A stretch of DNA of 64,000 nt from a bacterium (lineage in GTDB: Bacteria; Bacillota_I; Bacilli_A; RFN20; CAG-826): assembly GCA_963622135.1 (NCBI GenBank), contig CAVFGR010000002.1, positions 4,752 to 68,751 on the forward strand, read 5' to 3'. Positions 1 to 9,140 of this stretch are shown here, in pieces. Both the position numbers and the translations under genes were made by a program. The notes below the pieces were generated by a model. The model was not told where the DNA came from. It made no database searches and saw only the letters and a program-made list of their open reading frames with translations. Each line of letters begins with the position of its first letter. Within the stretch, counting starts at the first letter, position 1.

Positions 1-914
1 CGACCAAACTCCAAAAGAGACTCGATGTCATTCTTGGTTCGCTGCTCTAAACGTTCGGCCTCAAGAAGCTTTCCTTCTTTGCGGAATTCTTCCAAGCGTT
101 CCTTAAGTTCGGCTTCGATGGTAACGCAGGCTTCTTCTAGGCGTTTCTTCGTCGAAGCGTGGTCGTAAGCCGGGTAAATCGGATATGTTTTGTAGGTTTC
201 TATGGTCTCATTATTAAGAGCGTTTATCTTAACGATTCTATCCACTTCATCGCCAAAGCATTCAATGCGGATGAAATATTCGCTCGAAGACATCGGAGCG
301 ATATCAATAATGTCCCCTCTGACGCGGAAAGTTCCTGGACTCAAATCGAAATTATCTCGGTGATATTGAGACTCGATCAATTTGGCAAATAAAGCTTTCC
401 TATCAATCGTTTCGCCTTGTCTGATGTCGAATACCAATCCTGAATATTCTTCAGGATCGCTTAAGCCATAAATAGAGGCGACGGAAGCAACGACAATCGT
501 GTCTTTTCTTTCGATCAAGGAATTAACGGCTGAAGTCCTAAGCATTTCGATTTCATCGTTCATCACTGCGTTTTTTTCAATATATGTGTCGGTTTTTGGC
601 ACATAGGCTTCAGGCTGGTAGAAGTCGAAGTTGGAAACAAAATACTCAACGCGGTTATTTGGGAAAAATGATTTAAGCTCGCCATACAATTGGCTGGCTA
701 AGGTTTTGTTATGAACCAACACCAAGGTCGGTTTATTGACGGCTTGGATTATGTTTGCGTCAGTAAAGGTTTTCCCTGTTCCGGTCGCACCCAAAATAAC
801 CTGCATTCTTTTTCCAGAGGCAAAGCCTTTCAAGACCTTTTCGATGGCTTTTGGCTGATCGCCTGTCGGAGAGAATTCAGACACTAATTCAAACGGATGG
901 GAATCGTCGTACAT
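1..914 (-). CDS. uvrB: Excinuclease ABC subunit B, N-terminal ~304 codons (3' end runs off the window)
   Basis: Manual minus-strand translation from ATG 914..912 gives MYDDSHPFELVSEFSPTGDQPKAIEKV...LGATGTGKTFT (Walker A)...FDFYQPEAYVP...GTFRVRGD. The frame stays open to position 1. The ATG overlaps the upstream stop as TAATG. It is absent from the ORF track because it is open-ended. Confidence 0.9.
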   Translation of the reverse strand, partial: MYDDSHPFELVSEFSPTGDQPKAIEKVLKGFASGKRMQVILGATGTGKTFTDANIIQAVNKPTLVLVHNKTLASQLYGELKSFFPNNRVEYFVSNFDFYQPEAYVPKTDTYIEKNAVMNDEIEMLRTSAVNSLIERKDTIVVASVASIYGLSDPEEYSGLVFDIRQGETIDRKALFAKLIESQYHRDNFDLSPGTFRVRGDIIDIAPMSSSEYFIRIECFGDEVDRIVKINALNNETIETYKTYPIYPAYDHASTKKRLEEACVTIEAELKERLEEFRKEGKLLEAERLEQRTKNDIESLLEFG

Positions 915-1903
915 TATTCCTTGTCTTTCTTTTTCTTTTTGATTTTGACCGCTGGTCTGGCGACCAATGGGTCGAAGCCTGAACCATGGGTGGATTTGGC
1001 TTGAGAAATAACGATAAAGGCGGTTGGGTCTATTTCGTAGATGGCTGATCTGAATTTAGCCTCTTCCCTCTTATAAATAACAACGCGGAGCATTTCTTTC
1101 TCAGTTTTCGAATAACCGCCTTGGGCATGAATCAAAGTTGAAGCGTGACCATCATTTTCAGTCTGGGTGTGAACATATTCCTGAATCTCTTTATATTTGT
1201 CAGAAATAATGTCAACTATAAGGTAGGAATTCATGCTGCTGTAAACCATCTGCAAAGCCGTGGAAGAAATAAATGAGGTGACGACGGCAACGATACCAAG
1301 CAAGAAATTATGGAAAACGATGATACCGACGATAATCAAAGCGCCATCAATGACAAAAACGGATGTTCCTTCTTTGATGTTTGTGAATTTTGCAAGGATT
1401 CTCCCCGGAATATCAGTTCCGCCTGTCGAAGCTCCACCAAGATAAGCAATGCCGATGCCAACACCTTGCAAGGCACCTCCGGCAACGCCCATCAAGGTCA
1501 ATGTTCCAGCCGCTTCGGTAACGCTGGCGCTAGTTGCCTGAGCATACGCTTCTTCAAGTCCCAAAAGATGGCCAATATTAAATTCGTTGAACAAAGCATA
1601 GAAGCCGATAAACAAAACTGAGGCAACCGCTGTCCTAAATCCAAAGGATTTGCCTAAAACCAGCCAACCAACTAATAGCAATACGACTTGGAAGACAGCC
1701 GAAACCAATGAATTGGTGTCAAAACCAAAAAGTGGTTCGAGATAGTTATTGAGAATAATGCCGATGGATGTAACCCCGCCGGAAACGATGTTGCACGGAG
1801 TAAGGAAAACAGCGCCGCCAAAAGCGGTGATCAAGCATCCGATAACAACCAAGGCATAAGCCTCAATATAGCGCCAAACACGTTTATTGATCTTTTTTGC
1901 CAT
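914..1903 (-). CDS. YitT-family polytopic membrane protein with C-terminal DUF2179-like domain
   Basis: 329-aa ORF with about 5 N-terminal TM helices rich in Gly. The soluble C-terminal ~90 aa (SYLIVDIISDKYKEIQEYV...FIVISQAKSTHGSGF) are typical of the YitT/YqfU family. Its start overlaps the prfB end by 20 nt. Confidence 0.7.
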   Translation of the reverse strand: MAKKINKRVWRYIEAYALVVIGCLITAFGGAVFLTPCNIVSGGVTSIGIILNNYLEPLFGFDTNSLVSAVFQVVLLLVGWLVLGKSFGFRTAVASVLFIGFYALFNEFNIGHLLGLEEAYAQATSASVTEAAGTLTLMGVAGGALQGVGIGIAYLGGASTGGTDIPGRILAKFTNIKEGTSVFVIDGALIIVGIIVFHNFLLGIVAVVTSFISSTALQMVYSSMNSYLIVDIISDKYKEIQEYVHTQTENDGHASTLIHAQGGYSKTEKEMLRVVIYKREEAKFRSAIYEIDPTAFIVISQAKSTHGSGFDPLVARPAVKIKKKKKDKE

Positions 1904-3003
1904 GGTTTCTGCTCTCCATTTCTAAATAAGCATAAAGGAAGCGAATGATATTGCCGTCCATTACGTCATTGACTTGTGAGGTTTCTTCGCCTGTGCGATG
2001 GTCTTTAACCAAAGTGTATGGGCAGAAGACATAAGATCTTATTTGTGAGCCCCATTCAATAGCTTTTTGTTCTCCGACGATACCTTTCATCTGAGCCTCT
2101 CGCTCCTCGACTTTTTTCTGCATGAGCTTGTTTTTCAGCATTTCCATACATGTGGCTTTGTTCATAAGCTGAGAACGCTCGATTTGGCATTGAACGACAA
2201 TTCCGGTCGGAAGGTGGGTGATACGAACGGCGGATGATACTTTGTTAACGTTCTGGCCTCCGGCCCCACCGCTGCGATAAGTGTCGACTCTTAAATCTTT
2301 CGGGTCGATAACAACTTCCGAAAGATCGGCAAATTCAGGGACGACGTTGATTGAAGCAAAAGAAGTGTGTCTTCTTGCGCCGGCATCAAAAGGAGAGATA
2401 CGGACAAGACGATGAACGCCTTTTTCGCCCTTTAGCAAACCATAGGCATGCGTTCCGGAAATATTCAAAGTAACCGATTTAAGCCCAGCTTCATCGCCGG
2501 CCTCGTAATCCAAGACCTTTAGTTTGAGATCGTTTCTTTCGCAGAAACGAACATACATACGGTAAAGCATATCCGCCCAATCTTGGGCTTCCGTACCGCC
2601 GGCTCCCGGATGAATTTCAACCGTGCAGCTCAAGTTATCGTATTCGCTCGAAAAGAGGAGCAAATTTCTTAAAGATGTGACTTTCTGTTCCAAATCATCG
2701 AGTAAGGATGGAATCATAGAGGCCATTTCTTGGTCTTCGGAAGCCATAGAAAAGACATCGATTAAATCGTCATAATCCTTTTTGATTTGAGTATAACTAT
2801 CGACGCGTTTTTTAAGATCCGCCAACTTGTTGACTACCACAATGGCGGCCTTTTGGTCATTCCAAAAACCTTCGACGTTCTGCTCCTCGTCTAATTTTTT
2901 GATTTCCTCGTTCAAACGATCGAGGTCAAAGAGAATCACCGAGCTGCGTGACGAGAGTACCCAACTGTTCGATTCTCTGACGTAATTCGACTAGCTCTTC
3001 CAT
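1884..3003 (-). CDS. prfB: Peptide chain release factor 2, expressed through a programmed +1 frameshift
   Basis: The ORF-track protein carries the RF2 motifs SPF (RISPFD) and GGQ (GGAGGQNVNKV). Its listed start is an internal GTG. A short leader ORF starts at ATG 3003 (MEELVELRQRIEQLGTLVTQL...), directly after the secA stop. It runs into CTT TGA C just before DLDRLNEE..FWNDQ. Confidence 0.9.
2925..2932 (-). promoter_or_regulatory. RF2 autoregulatory +1 frameshift site CTT TGA C
   Basis: The heptamer CTTTGAC is visible on the minus strand within gtgattCTCTTTGACctc. Its placement matches the Bacillus RF2 site (..GSL-stop-DLES..). Coordinates are +/-1 nt because my hand phasing differed by 1 nt from the ORF track. 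Confidence 0.8.
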
Positions 3004-5394
3004 TTATTCCCCTTTGTTTTCGGCTTGGGCGTTGTTTTCGCCTTCTGGTTCTTTTTTGACCAAACGGACATTCAATAAATTGAAGGCGATATCAACGCAG
3101 CCTTTTTCGTTTTGTTCATTAAAGAGATCGTAGCCCTCATTGACATAGTCTTGGAGAGGGTTTCTCTGAGCATATGAGCGGAGACCGATGCCTTCACGTA
3201 AGTGAGCCATGGTATCGATATGCTTCTGCCAGTTGCGGTCGATGACGGAAAGAAGTATTTGTCTTTCGACGCTATCGGCAGCGGAATTTGGCCAGGTCTT
3301 TCTCTTTTCGAGATAAGCATTGTAGAGAAGCTCGCCCAAATCATAGCCGGCTTCTTCGGATGGCGCACCATCGAAAGCGGCGACGTTTAAGCTTCCGGCC
3401 GGCAAGAACTTAGGCTCAACGAGATCTTTCAAGGCAGAACCTAAAATCAAGCCTTCTTGACCGTTTGGATCCTCGGCTTTTTTGGCCAAGAACATGCCAG
3501 TCGTCTTAAAGGAATCGTGAACGAGATCAACGACGTCCTCGGCATTTAAGATAATGTCACGCTTATCGTAGGTGATCTGACGCTGTTTGGCTAAAACATC
3601 GTCGTAATCCTTCAAATTCTTACGGGTATCGAAGTTTTTGCCCTCGATTTGCTTTTGGGCATTCGTTACTGCGTTAGCGAGCATCTTGTTTTCATAGGCT
3701 TCGTCCTGCAAATTGTTAGCGAACAATGTGCGGATGTTTTCAGGAGCGAAACGTCTCATTAGATCGTCGTCGAAGGAAATGAAGAAACGAGAGTATCCTG
3801 GATCGCCCTGACGCCCAGCACGACCACGAAGCTGGTTGTCGATACGACGGGATTCATGACGTTCGGTACCGAAGACGCACAAGCCGCCAAGGGCTCTAGT
3901 TTCATCGGTTAACTTAATGTCAGTACCACGGCCGGCCATATTGGTAGCCAAGGTTACGGCTCCTTTTTCGCCAGCATGCGAAATGATTTCCGCTTCGCGA
4001 GCCTGGTTTTTAGCATTCAACACTTCGTGTGGGATGCCCGCTTCAGTCAAAAGTTTGGAGATTTCTTCGTTTGATTCAACAGAAACCGTACCGATAAGAA
4101 CAGGCTGTCCTTTTTCGTGTCTTTCCTTAATGGCGTTTACCAGCGCTTTAAGTTTTGCGTCATGGGAGCCAAAGATGAGGTCGGTGTCATCAACACGGAT
4201 AACTGGCCTATTTGGTGGGACGCAGACAACTTTCATGTTGTAGATGGAATTGAATTCTTCTTCTTCGGTCTTGGCCGTACCGGTCATGCCGCCGATTTTC
4301 TTATACAAACGGAAGAAATTTTGGTAGGTGATGGTAGCCATAACCATGGTTTCCTGTTTGATCTCACATCCTTCTTTGGCTTGGATGGCTTGCTGCAAGC
4401 CGTCGTTATATTCACGGCCCGGCATAATACGACCAGTAAACTGGTCGATGAGTTGGATGGTATTTTCTTTATCAACCATGTACTCAACATCACGGGCCAT
4501 GATGTAGTTGGCTTTAAGGGCTTGGTGGATTCTATGAACCAAATCTTGGTGTTCAGGATCATAAAGGTTGTTAACGCCAAACATTCTTTCGGCTTTTTCC
4601 GTGCCGGAATCGGTCAATGAACAGGTTTTGTCCTTAACATCAATCGTATAATCAACGTTCTTTTTGAGGTATTTGACGAAGCGGTCGGCCACCTGATATT
4701 GGGAAGCTGGGGCCCTTGAGCCGCCGGAAATGATCAATGGGGTACGTGATTCATCGATAAGAATGGAGTCGGCTTCGTCAACAATACAGAAGTTCAAACC
4801 GCGAAGTACACGCCTGGCTAACGTCGAGCACATATTGTCACGCAAATAGTCGAAGCCCAATTCTGAGTTCGTGGTATAAGTGATGTCGCAAGCATAGGCT
4901 TCTTTCTTCTCGGCCGGAGATTTAGAGGCGGTGTTAACACCAACGGTAAGGCCTAAGAATCTATAGATTTGGCCCATCCATTCGGCGTCACGGGTAGCTA
5001 AGTATTCGTTAACGGTGATAACGTGTACGCCCAAACCGGTTAAAGCATTCAAATAAACGGCCATTGTCGCGGTTAAGGTTTTACCTTCACCGGTACGCAT
5101 TTCAGCAATATCGCCATTATTTAAGATCAAAGAGCCCATAATCTGGACTTTGAATGGTTTTTGATGCAAAACACGGAACGCAGCTTCACGAGCAACGGCA
5201 AACGCACGGTATTTGATTGATTCAATCGTTTCGCCATTTTGTAACAATTGGCGGAATTCTTGTGTCTTGGCAATAAGTTGTTCGTCGGTAAGAGCAGACA
5301 TCTCTTCATCTAACGCTAAAACTTGTTCGGCTTCGCGAGCGTATTTATCGACCTCGCGCTTATCAAATTTGAAAATCTTATCGAGTAATCCCAT
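3004..5394 (-). CDS. secA: Preprotein translocase ATPase SecA (no C-terminal zinc-finger tail)
   Basis: 796 aa with motifs MRTGEGKTL, VDEADSILIDE and TNMAGRGTDI. GGAGG lies upstream of the ATG. The stop abuts the prfB ATG. Confidence 0.97.
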   Translation of the reverse strand: MGLLDKIFKFDKREVDKYAREAEQVLALDEEMSALTDEQLIAKTQEFRQLLQNGETIESIKYRAFAVAREAAFRVLHQKPFKVQIMGSLILNNGDIAEMRTGEGKTLTATMAVYLNALTGLGVHVITVNEYLATRDAEWMGQIYRFLGLTVGVNTASKSPAEKKEAYACDITYTTNSELGFDYLRDNMCSTLARRVLRGLNFCIVDEADSILIDESRTPLIISGGSRAPASQYQVADRFVKYLKKNVDYTIDVKDKTCSLTDSGTEKAERMFGVNNLYDPEHQDLVHRIHQALKANYIMARDVEYMVDKENTIQLIDQFTGRIMPGREYNDGLQQAIQAKEGCEIKQETMVMATITYQNFFRLYKKIGGMTGTAKTEEEEFNSIYNMKVVCVPPNRPVIRVDDTDLIFGSHDAKLKALVNAIKERHEKGQPVLIGTVSVESNEEISKLLTEAGIPHEVLNAKNQAREAEIISHAGEKGAVTLATNMAGRGTDIKLTDETRALGGLCVFGTERHESRRIDNQLRGRAGRQGDPGYSRFFISFDDDLMRRFAPENIRTLFANNLQDEAYENKMLANAVTNAQKQIEGKNFDTRKNLKDYDDVLAKQRQITYDKRDIILNAEDVVDLVHDSFKTTGMFLAKKAEDPNGQEGLILGSALKDLVEPKFLPAGSLNVAAFDGAPSEEAGYDLGELLYNAYLEKRKTWPNSAADSVERQILLSVIDRNWQKHIDTMAHLREGIGLRSYAQRNPLQDYVNEGYDLFNEQNEKGCVDIAFNLLNVRLVKKEPEGENNAQAENKGE

Positions 5395-5468
5395 TTCTTG
5401 TATTACCTCCGTAGAGTCGCGAATGATTATATATCATTTCCTGCGTGCTAGGCAATGCGCACAGGTGT

Positions 5469-6128
5469 TTATCGTGTTACGCGTGCCAGCACAAAAATAT
5501 CAATAGAGCGGGGTTTCAGACTTTCCAAAAGATGGATACAGGCAGAAATCGTGGAACCCGTAGTACAAACATCGTCAACCAATAACACACGTTTACCGAC
5601 AAGTTTTGCGCCTTCATCAAGCTTTATTGCCTTAAAAATCAGTTGTCGTTCTGCCTTAGATAAGTCCGCTTGTTTCCGATCCTCGGTTTTTACGAGACAT
5701 CTTTCAATAGGGAGACCAAGCTGCTCGAAAATAGCAACAACATGATTGAAGCCTCTTCTTTCATCCCTCTCATGAAAACTGGGAGCCGGGACAACGATTC
5801 GATTTGAAAAGAACTTTTTAAGAAAGAAACATTGATCAGACAGGAAGATTTCTCGCATCTCATAATCGCCGCACCCTTTTAAAGAATAAAGAGCATTTCT
5901 AAACGTTTCGTTATATTCATAAATCCAATAAATATTTTTTCCGAGAAATTTATTATGAGAAAATCTGGGATTAAGCTCATTTTTACAAGATTCGCAGATA
6001 GATCTCAAAGAGAAAAAACCTGAAAAACTCGAACTTTGAATCGATTTAAAACAAATCTTACAAACATTTGTTACATTCTTTGATATTTGAGATGCATGTA
6101 TCGATACTTTTTGTTCTCTTTTGAGCAT
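5469..6128 (-). CDS. comFC: ComF family protein (ComFC-type phosphoribosyltransferase-fold competence protein)
   Basis: N-terminal Cys pairs (CKIC...CESC) and PRTase motif VLLVDDVCTTGSTI. It overlaps the comFA 3' end by 71 nt, with no alternative in-frame start. Confidence 0.8.
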   Translation of the reverse strand: MLKREQKVSIHASQISKNVTNVCKICFKSIQSSSFSGFFSLRSICESCKNELNPRFSHNKFLGKNIYWIYEYNETFRNALYSLKGCGDYEMREIFLSDQCFFLKKFFSNRIVVPAPSFHERDERRGFNHVVAIFEQLGLPIERCLVKTEDRKQADLSKAERQLIFKAIKLDEGAKLVGKRVLLVDDVCTTGSTISACIHLLESLKPRSIDIFVLARVTR

Positions 6129-7203
6129 AAAAAATTACCTCTCCATTTGGGGCGTCCCACTTTCTTCCAACACGTCCTGATATCTGAATTAACGTTGCAC
6201 TATCATAAATATCCTCCCGATCAGCCTTAAAAACGAAAACTTGTAGGTGTTTTATAGTGATACCACGCTCTAAAATCGATGTTGTTACTAAATATTTTAA
6301 TTTTGATTTTTTAAATAATTCTATTTTATTTTGCCGCATGGGATCCTTGCTATGAACGCATGCGCCGCCAGAAACAAAGCATCTCAAAATTGAATAGACG
6401 CGTTCACATTCACCAATTGTTGGACAAAAAATAAAAGTTGGTTTGTTTTTCGCCAACATTGATTTTAATTTGACGATCATCTTTACGAAAATTATCGGGG
6501 TAAGACCCAGCATCACTTTCGGAACAGGTATTTCGTGTCGGTGAAATCTCGTTTTCAATTCTAAAACTTGATGCCCATTTGTATTAAATTTTTTAATTAG
6601 TTCTTCAGACGGGGTCGCTGACATCAAAACAACATGACCTTTAACTGATTTTTCATAGAAAACATGTAAGATGTCGCTCCCTTTGAAAGGAAAGGCGTCT
6701 ATTTCATCCATAACTAATAAGTCGAAGTAATTTGGGTATCGATATATTTGGTGCGTGGTTAGAATAATGATGTCTCCAATTAAATTTTTTGTGTGACCAC
6801 CATAGACCGCAACAACCTTATCCTCAGGGAAAGCCTCCTTTAGCCTCCAATAAAGTTCAATGACAACATCCCTTCTTGGCAGCGCAAAGCCGACAGTTTT
6901 TCCTGACCTAAGGGCATCAGCTATCACCCCATAAACCAGCTCTGTCTTTCCTGCACCGCAAACCGCATAAATCAATGTGTCGATTCCGTTTTTGTAGTTT
7001 TCTCTCACTTTGTTTGATATTGCTAGCTGATCGGCAGACAGCTTAAAGTTCAAAACAACCGGCGAGGCAGTGGGCTTTCTTTGGGGTTTCGGCGCTTTTT
7101 CCCCATTGAAAGCAATACATCTTCGGCAATATGGTCTCCCGTTAATATAGCCGATAAACAAAGGATCGCTGTTTTGGCATATTGGACATAAAAAAGCACC
7201 CAT
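6058..7203 (-). CDS. comFA: ComFA-like DEAD/DEAH-box helicase (DNA-uptake ATPase)
   Basis: N-terminal CPIC..CRRC zinc finger, Walker A AVCGAGKTE, Walker B LVMDEIDAF, and helicase C motifs (QISGRVGR). Confidence 0.8.
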   Translation of the reverse strand: MGAFLCPICQNSDPLFIGYINGRPYCRRCIAFNGEKAPKPQRKPTASPVVLNFKLSADQLAISNKVRENYKNGIDTLIYAVCGAGKTELVYGVIADALRSGKTVGFALPRRDVVIELYWRLKEAFPEDKVVAVYGGHTKNLIGDIIILTTHQIYRYPNYFDLLVMDEIDAFPFKGSDILHVFYEKSVKGHVVLMSATPSEELIKKFNTNGHQVLELKTRFHRHEIPVPKVMLGLTPIIFVKMIVKLKSMLAKNKPTFIFCPTIGECERVYSILRCFVSGGACVHSKDPMRQNKIELFKKSKLKYLVTTSILERGITIKHLQVFVFKADREDIYDSATLIQISGRVGRKWDAPNGEVIFYAQKRTKSIDTCISNIKECNKCL

Positions 7204-7238
7204 ACTTATGAATAGTCACAAATTGGGTGCTTTTACGT

Positions 7239-7676
7239 TTATTTTTCCAATTCTGATAGGATTTCCACTCGTTTTTCGTGTCTTCCGCCTGCAAACGGGG
7301 TTTTAAGGAAGATATCTACGCGACGCAAAACATCCTCTTTTTTCATGAATTTCGCACCAAAGGCGATAACGTTGGCGTTATTGTGTTCTCTAAGTAAGCC
7401 AGAAACCTCGTCGTTATAGCCAATTCCGGCGCGCACACCTTTGATTTTGTTAGCGGCCATCATGATGCCTTCACCAGAGGTACACACCAAGATGCCAAAA
7501 TCAGCTTCTTTGTTAGCAACCGCCCGACCAACGGCCGCCCCAAAAATTGGATAATTGCACGATTCTTCGCTAAAAGTCCCTAAATTGAGAACTTCGTATC
7601 CCTCACTTTCAAGGTGTTTGATTATTTCTTCTTTAAGAAGATATCCGCCATGATCCGAACCGATAGCAATTTTCAT
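7239..7676 (-). CDS. rpiB: Ribose-5-phosphate isomerase B
   Basis: MKIAIGSDHGGY...CTSGEGIMMAANK. I prefer the internal ATG 7676 because it forms an ATGA overlap with the upstream stop. The ORF track extends to 7691. Confidence 0.85.
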   Translation of the reverse strand: MKIAIGSDHGGYLLKEEIIKHLESEGYEVLNLGTFSEESCNYPIFGAAVGRAVANKEADFGILVCTSGEGIMMAANKIKGVRAGIGYNDEVSGLLREHNNANVIAFGAKFMKKEDVLRRVDIFLKTPFAGGRHEKRVEILSELEK

Positions 7677-8287
7677 TTCAAATTCCTCCAATATTCAAGA
7701 ACGCTCTCGTAACTCAAGCCGCCTTCACGAATTAGTTTAATATCATTTTTCGTAATATCGATAATGGTAGAAGCGTGCAAGGAGCTACATTTTCCATTAA
7801 CAATGACATCTGCAATACCGTCAAATGTCTTTTTGGTTTCTTCGAATGAAACCGATGTTGGCTCGCCAGACATGTTTGCCGAGGTCACCAAGCAAGGTTT
7901 TCCCACTTTTTCGATCAAATTATGAACCAAATCTGACGCAGGGACGCGAATGCCGATAACGTTTGTCCCTAAGGTTACCCATGTAGGAAGATCGCGGCGT
8001 GCATTAACTAAAAAGGTTACTTCGCCAGGCAGGAATTTTTTCATAAGGGCTTTGCGTTTCTCATCAACATCGATAAATTCAAAGGCCATTTCAACCGTCG
8101 ACGACATCAAAGCGAAAGGTTTATCGGGCGAACGTTTCTTAGCGGCAACCAAATCCTCGAAAGCCTGCTCAGAATCATAAACAACCCCGATTCCGTATAC
8201 AGTTTCGGTAGGAAAACACACAACTTTGCCGCTTTTTAAGCTTTCGGCAGCCACATCTAAATTGTTTTCATCAACGATTTTAGTCAT
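7673..8287 (-). CDS. tsaC: L-threonylcarbamoyladenylate synthase (YrdC/YwlC/Sua5 family)
   Basis: Motifs VCFPTETVYGIG and SANMSGEP. Three ATGs overlap the prmC end; ATG 8287 has the best AAGGA spacing. Confidence 0.8.
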   Translation of the reverse strand: MTKIVDENNLDVAAESLKSGKVVCFPTETVYGIGVVYDSEQAFEDLVAAKKRSPDKPFALMSSTVEMAFEFIDVDEKRKALMKKFLPGEVTFLVNARRDLPTWVTLGTNVIGIRVPASDLVHNLIEKVGKPCLVTSANMSGEPTSVSFEETKKTFDGIADVIVNGKCSSLHASTIIDITKNDIKLIREGGLSYESVLEYWRNLK

Positions 8288-9140
8288 TTTCATCATCCTT
8301 TAGATAAACGAATAGGAATCTATCAAAACCAGACAAATCTTTGATAAATTCGCATTCATAATCATGCAAATACTTTTCCATTAAAAGGTTTAAATGATTT
8401 GTTAAATCCGGGGAAATCTCAAATGCCAATAAGAGACCGCCTTTTTTCACTTTGTAGATATCTCTAAATATTTTCTCATAGACATCGTTGTCCTTTGTAA
8501 GCCATAAAGCGGAGTCTGGCTCATAATCGATAACTGATTGCTGAGCGTCTTCTTTATGCAGAATATAAGGCGGATTTGATATTAAAATATCAAACTTTGT
8601 GTTGTCTTTGATCCAAGGATCAAGGGCATCGCCCAATCTGGTATCGACTTGCACAGAATATCTATCAAAATTCTTTTTAGCGACTTTCAAGGCCTCTTTT
8701 TTTATGTCCGAAGCTGCGCAAACCCAATTCGGAAACAAAGATTTGACCCCGAGGATAATCGCGCCGCTTCCGGTCCCAATATCCCCGACCATCAAATAAT
8801 TCCTAGGGTCGAAATATTCATTTATTTTTTGAGACAAAATTGAAACCAGCTCTTCGGTTTCGTTCCTCGGGATAAGAACATTCCTATCTACGTATAGATT
8901 CATCCCCAAGAATTGAGATTCGTTGATAATGTATTCGACCGGTTCGCCTTTTCTTAGACGCTCACACTGCGAAATGAAAAGAGATGGGTGCTTCATTTCA
9001 TCTTCCTTGTGATAGATAACGTCGATTTGTTGGGCAAAACCCTCGTTATGGGCAATCAAGATGCGTAAATCAGCAGAAAGTACGCCCAATGGCTTGCCAA
9101 GGTCGTATTGTTCCTTCAATAATTCGCCGATTTTAGGCAT
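8280..9140 (-). CDS. prmC: Release-factor glutamine N5-methyltransferase
   Basis: SAM motif GDIGTGSGAI and the NPPY motif (ISNPPYI). It lies between prfA and tsaC as in Bacillus. TAATG overlap with prfA. Confidence 0.9.
   Translation of the reverse strand: MPKIGELLKEQYDLGKPLGVLSADLRILIAHNEGFAQQIDVIYHKEDEMKHPSLFISQCERLRKGEPVEYIINESQFLGMNLYVDRNVLIPRNETEELVSILSQKINEYFDPRNYLMVGDIGTGSGAIILGVKSLFPNWVCAASDIKKEALKVAKKNFDRYSVQVDTRLGDALDPWIKDNTKFDILISNPPYILHKEDAQQSVIDYEPDSALWLTKDNDVYEKIFRDIYKVKKGGLLLAFEISPDLTNHLNLLMEKYLHDYECEFIKDLSGFDRFLFVYLKDDEND

Noticed and set aside
159-392. 77-aa plus-strand ORF at the left edge
   Set aside because: It lies antisense within the clearly coding uvrB N-terminal region.
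4117-4620. Long antisense ORFs inside conserved genes: 4117..4620 in secA, 38459..39022 in mnmE, 48038..48574 in gyrB, 52012..52494 in serS
   Set aside because: Each lies entirely within, and opposite to, a gene with unmistakable conserved motifs. Their proteins are low-complexity and lack SDs. They are typical shadow ORFs caused by codon bias.
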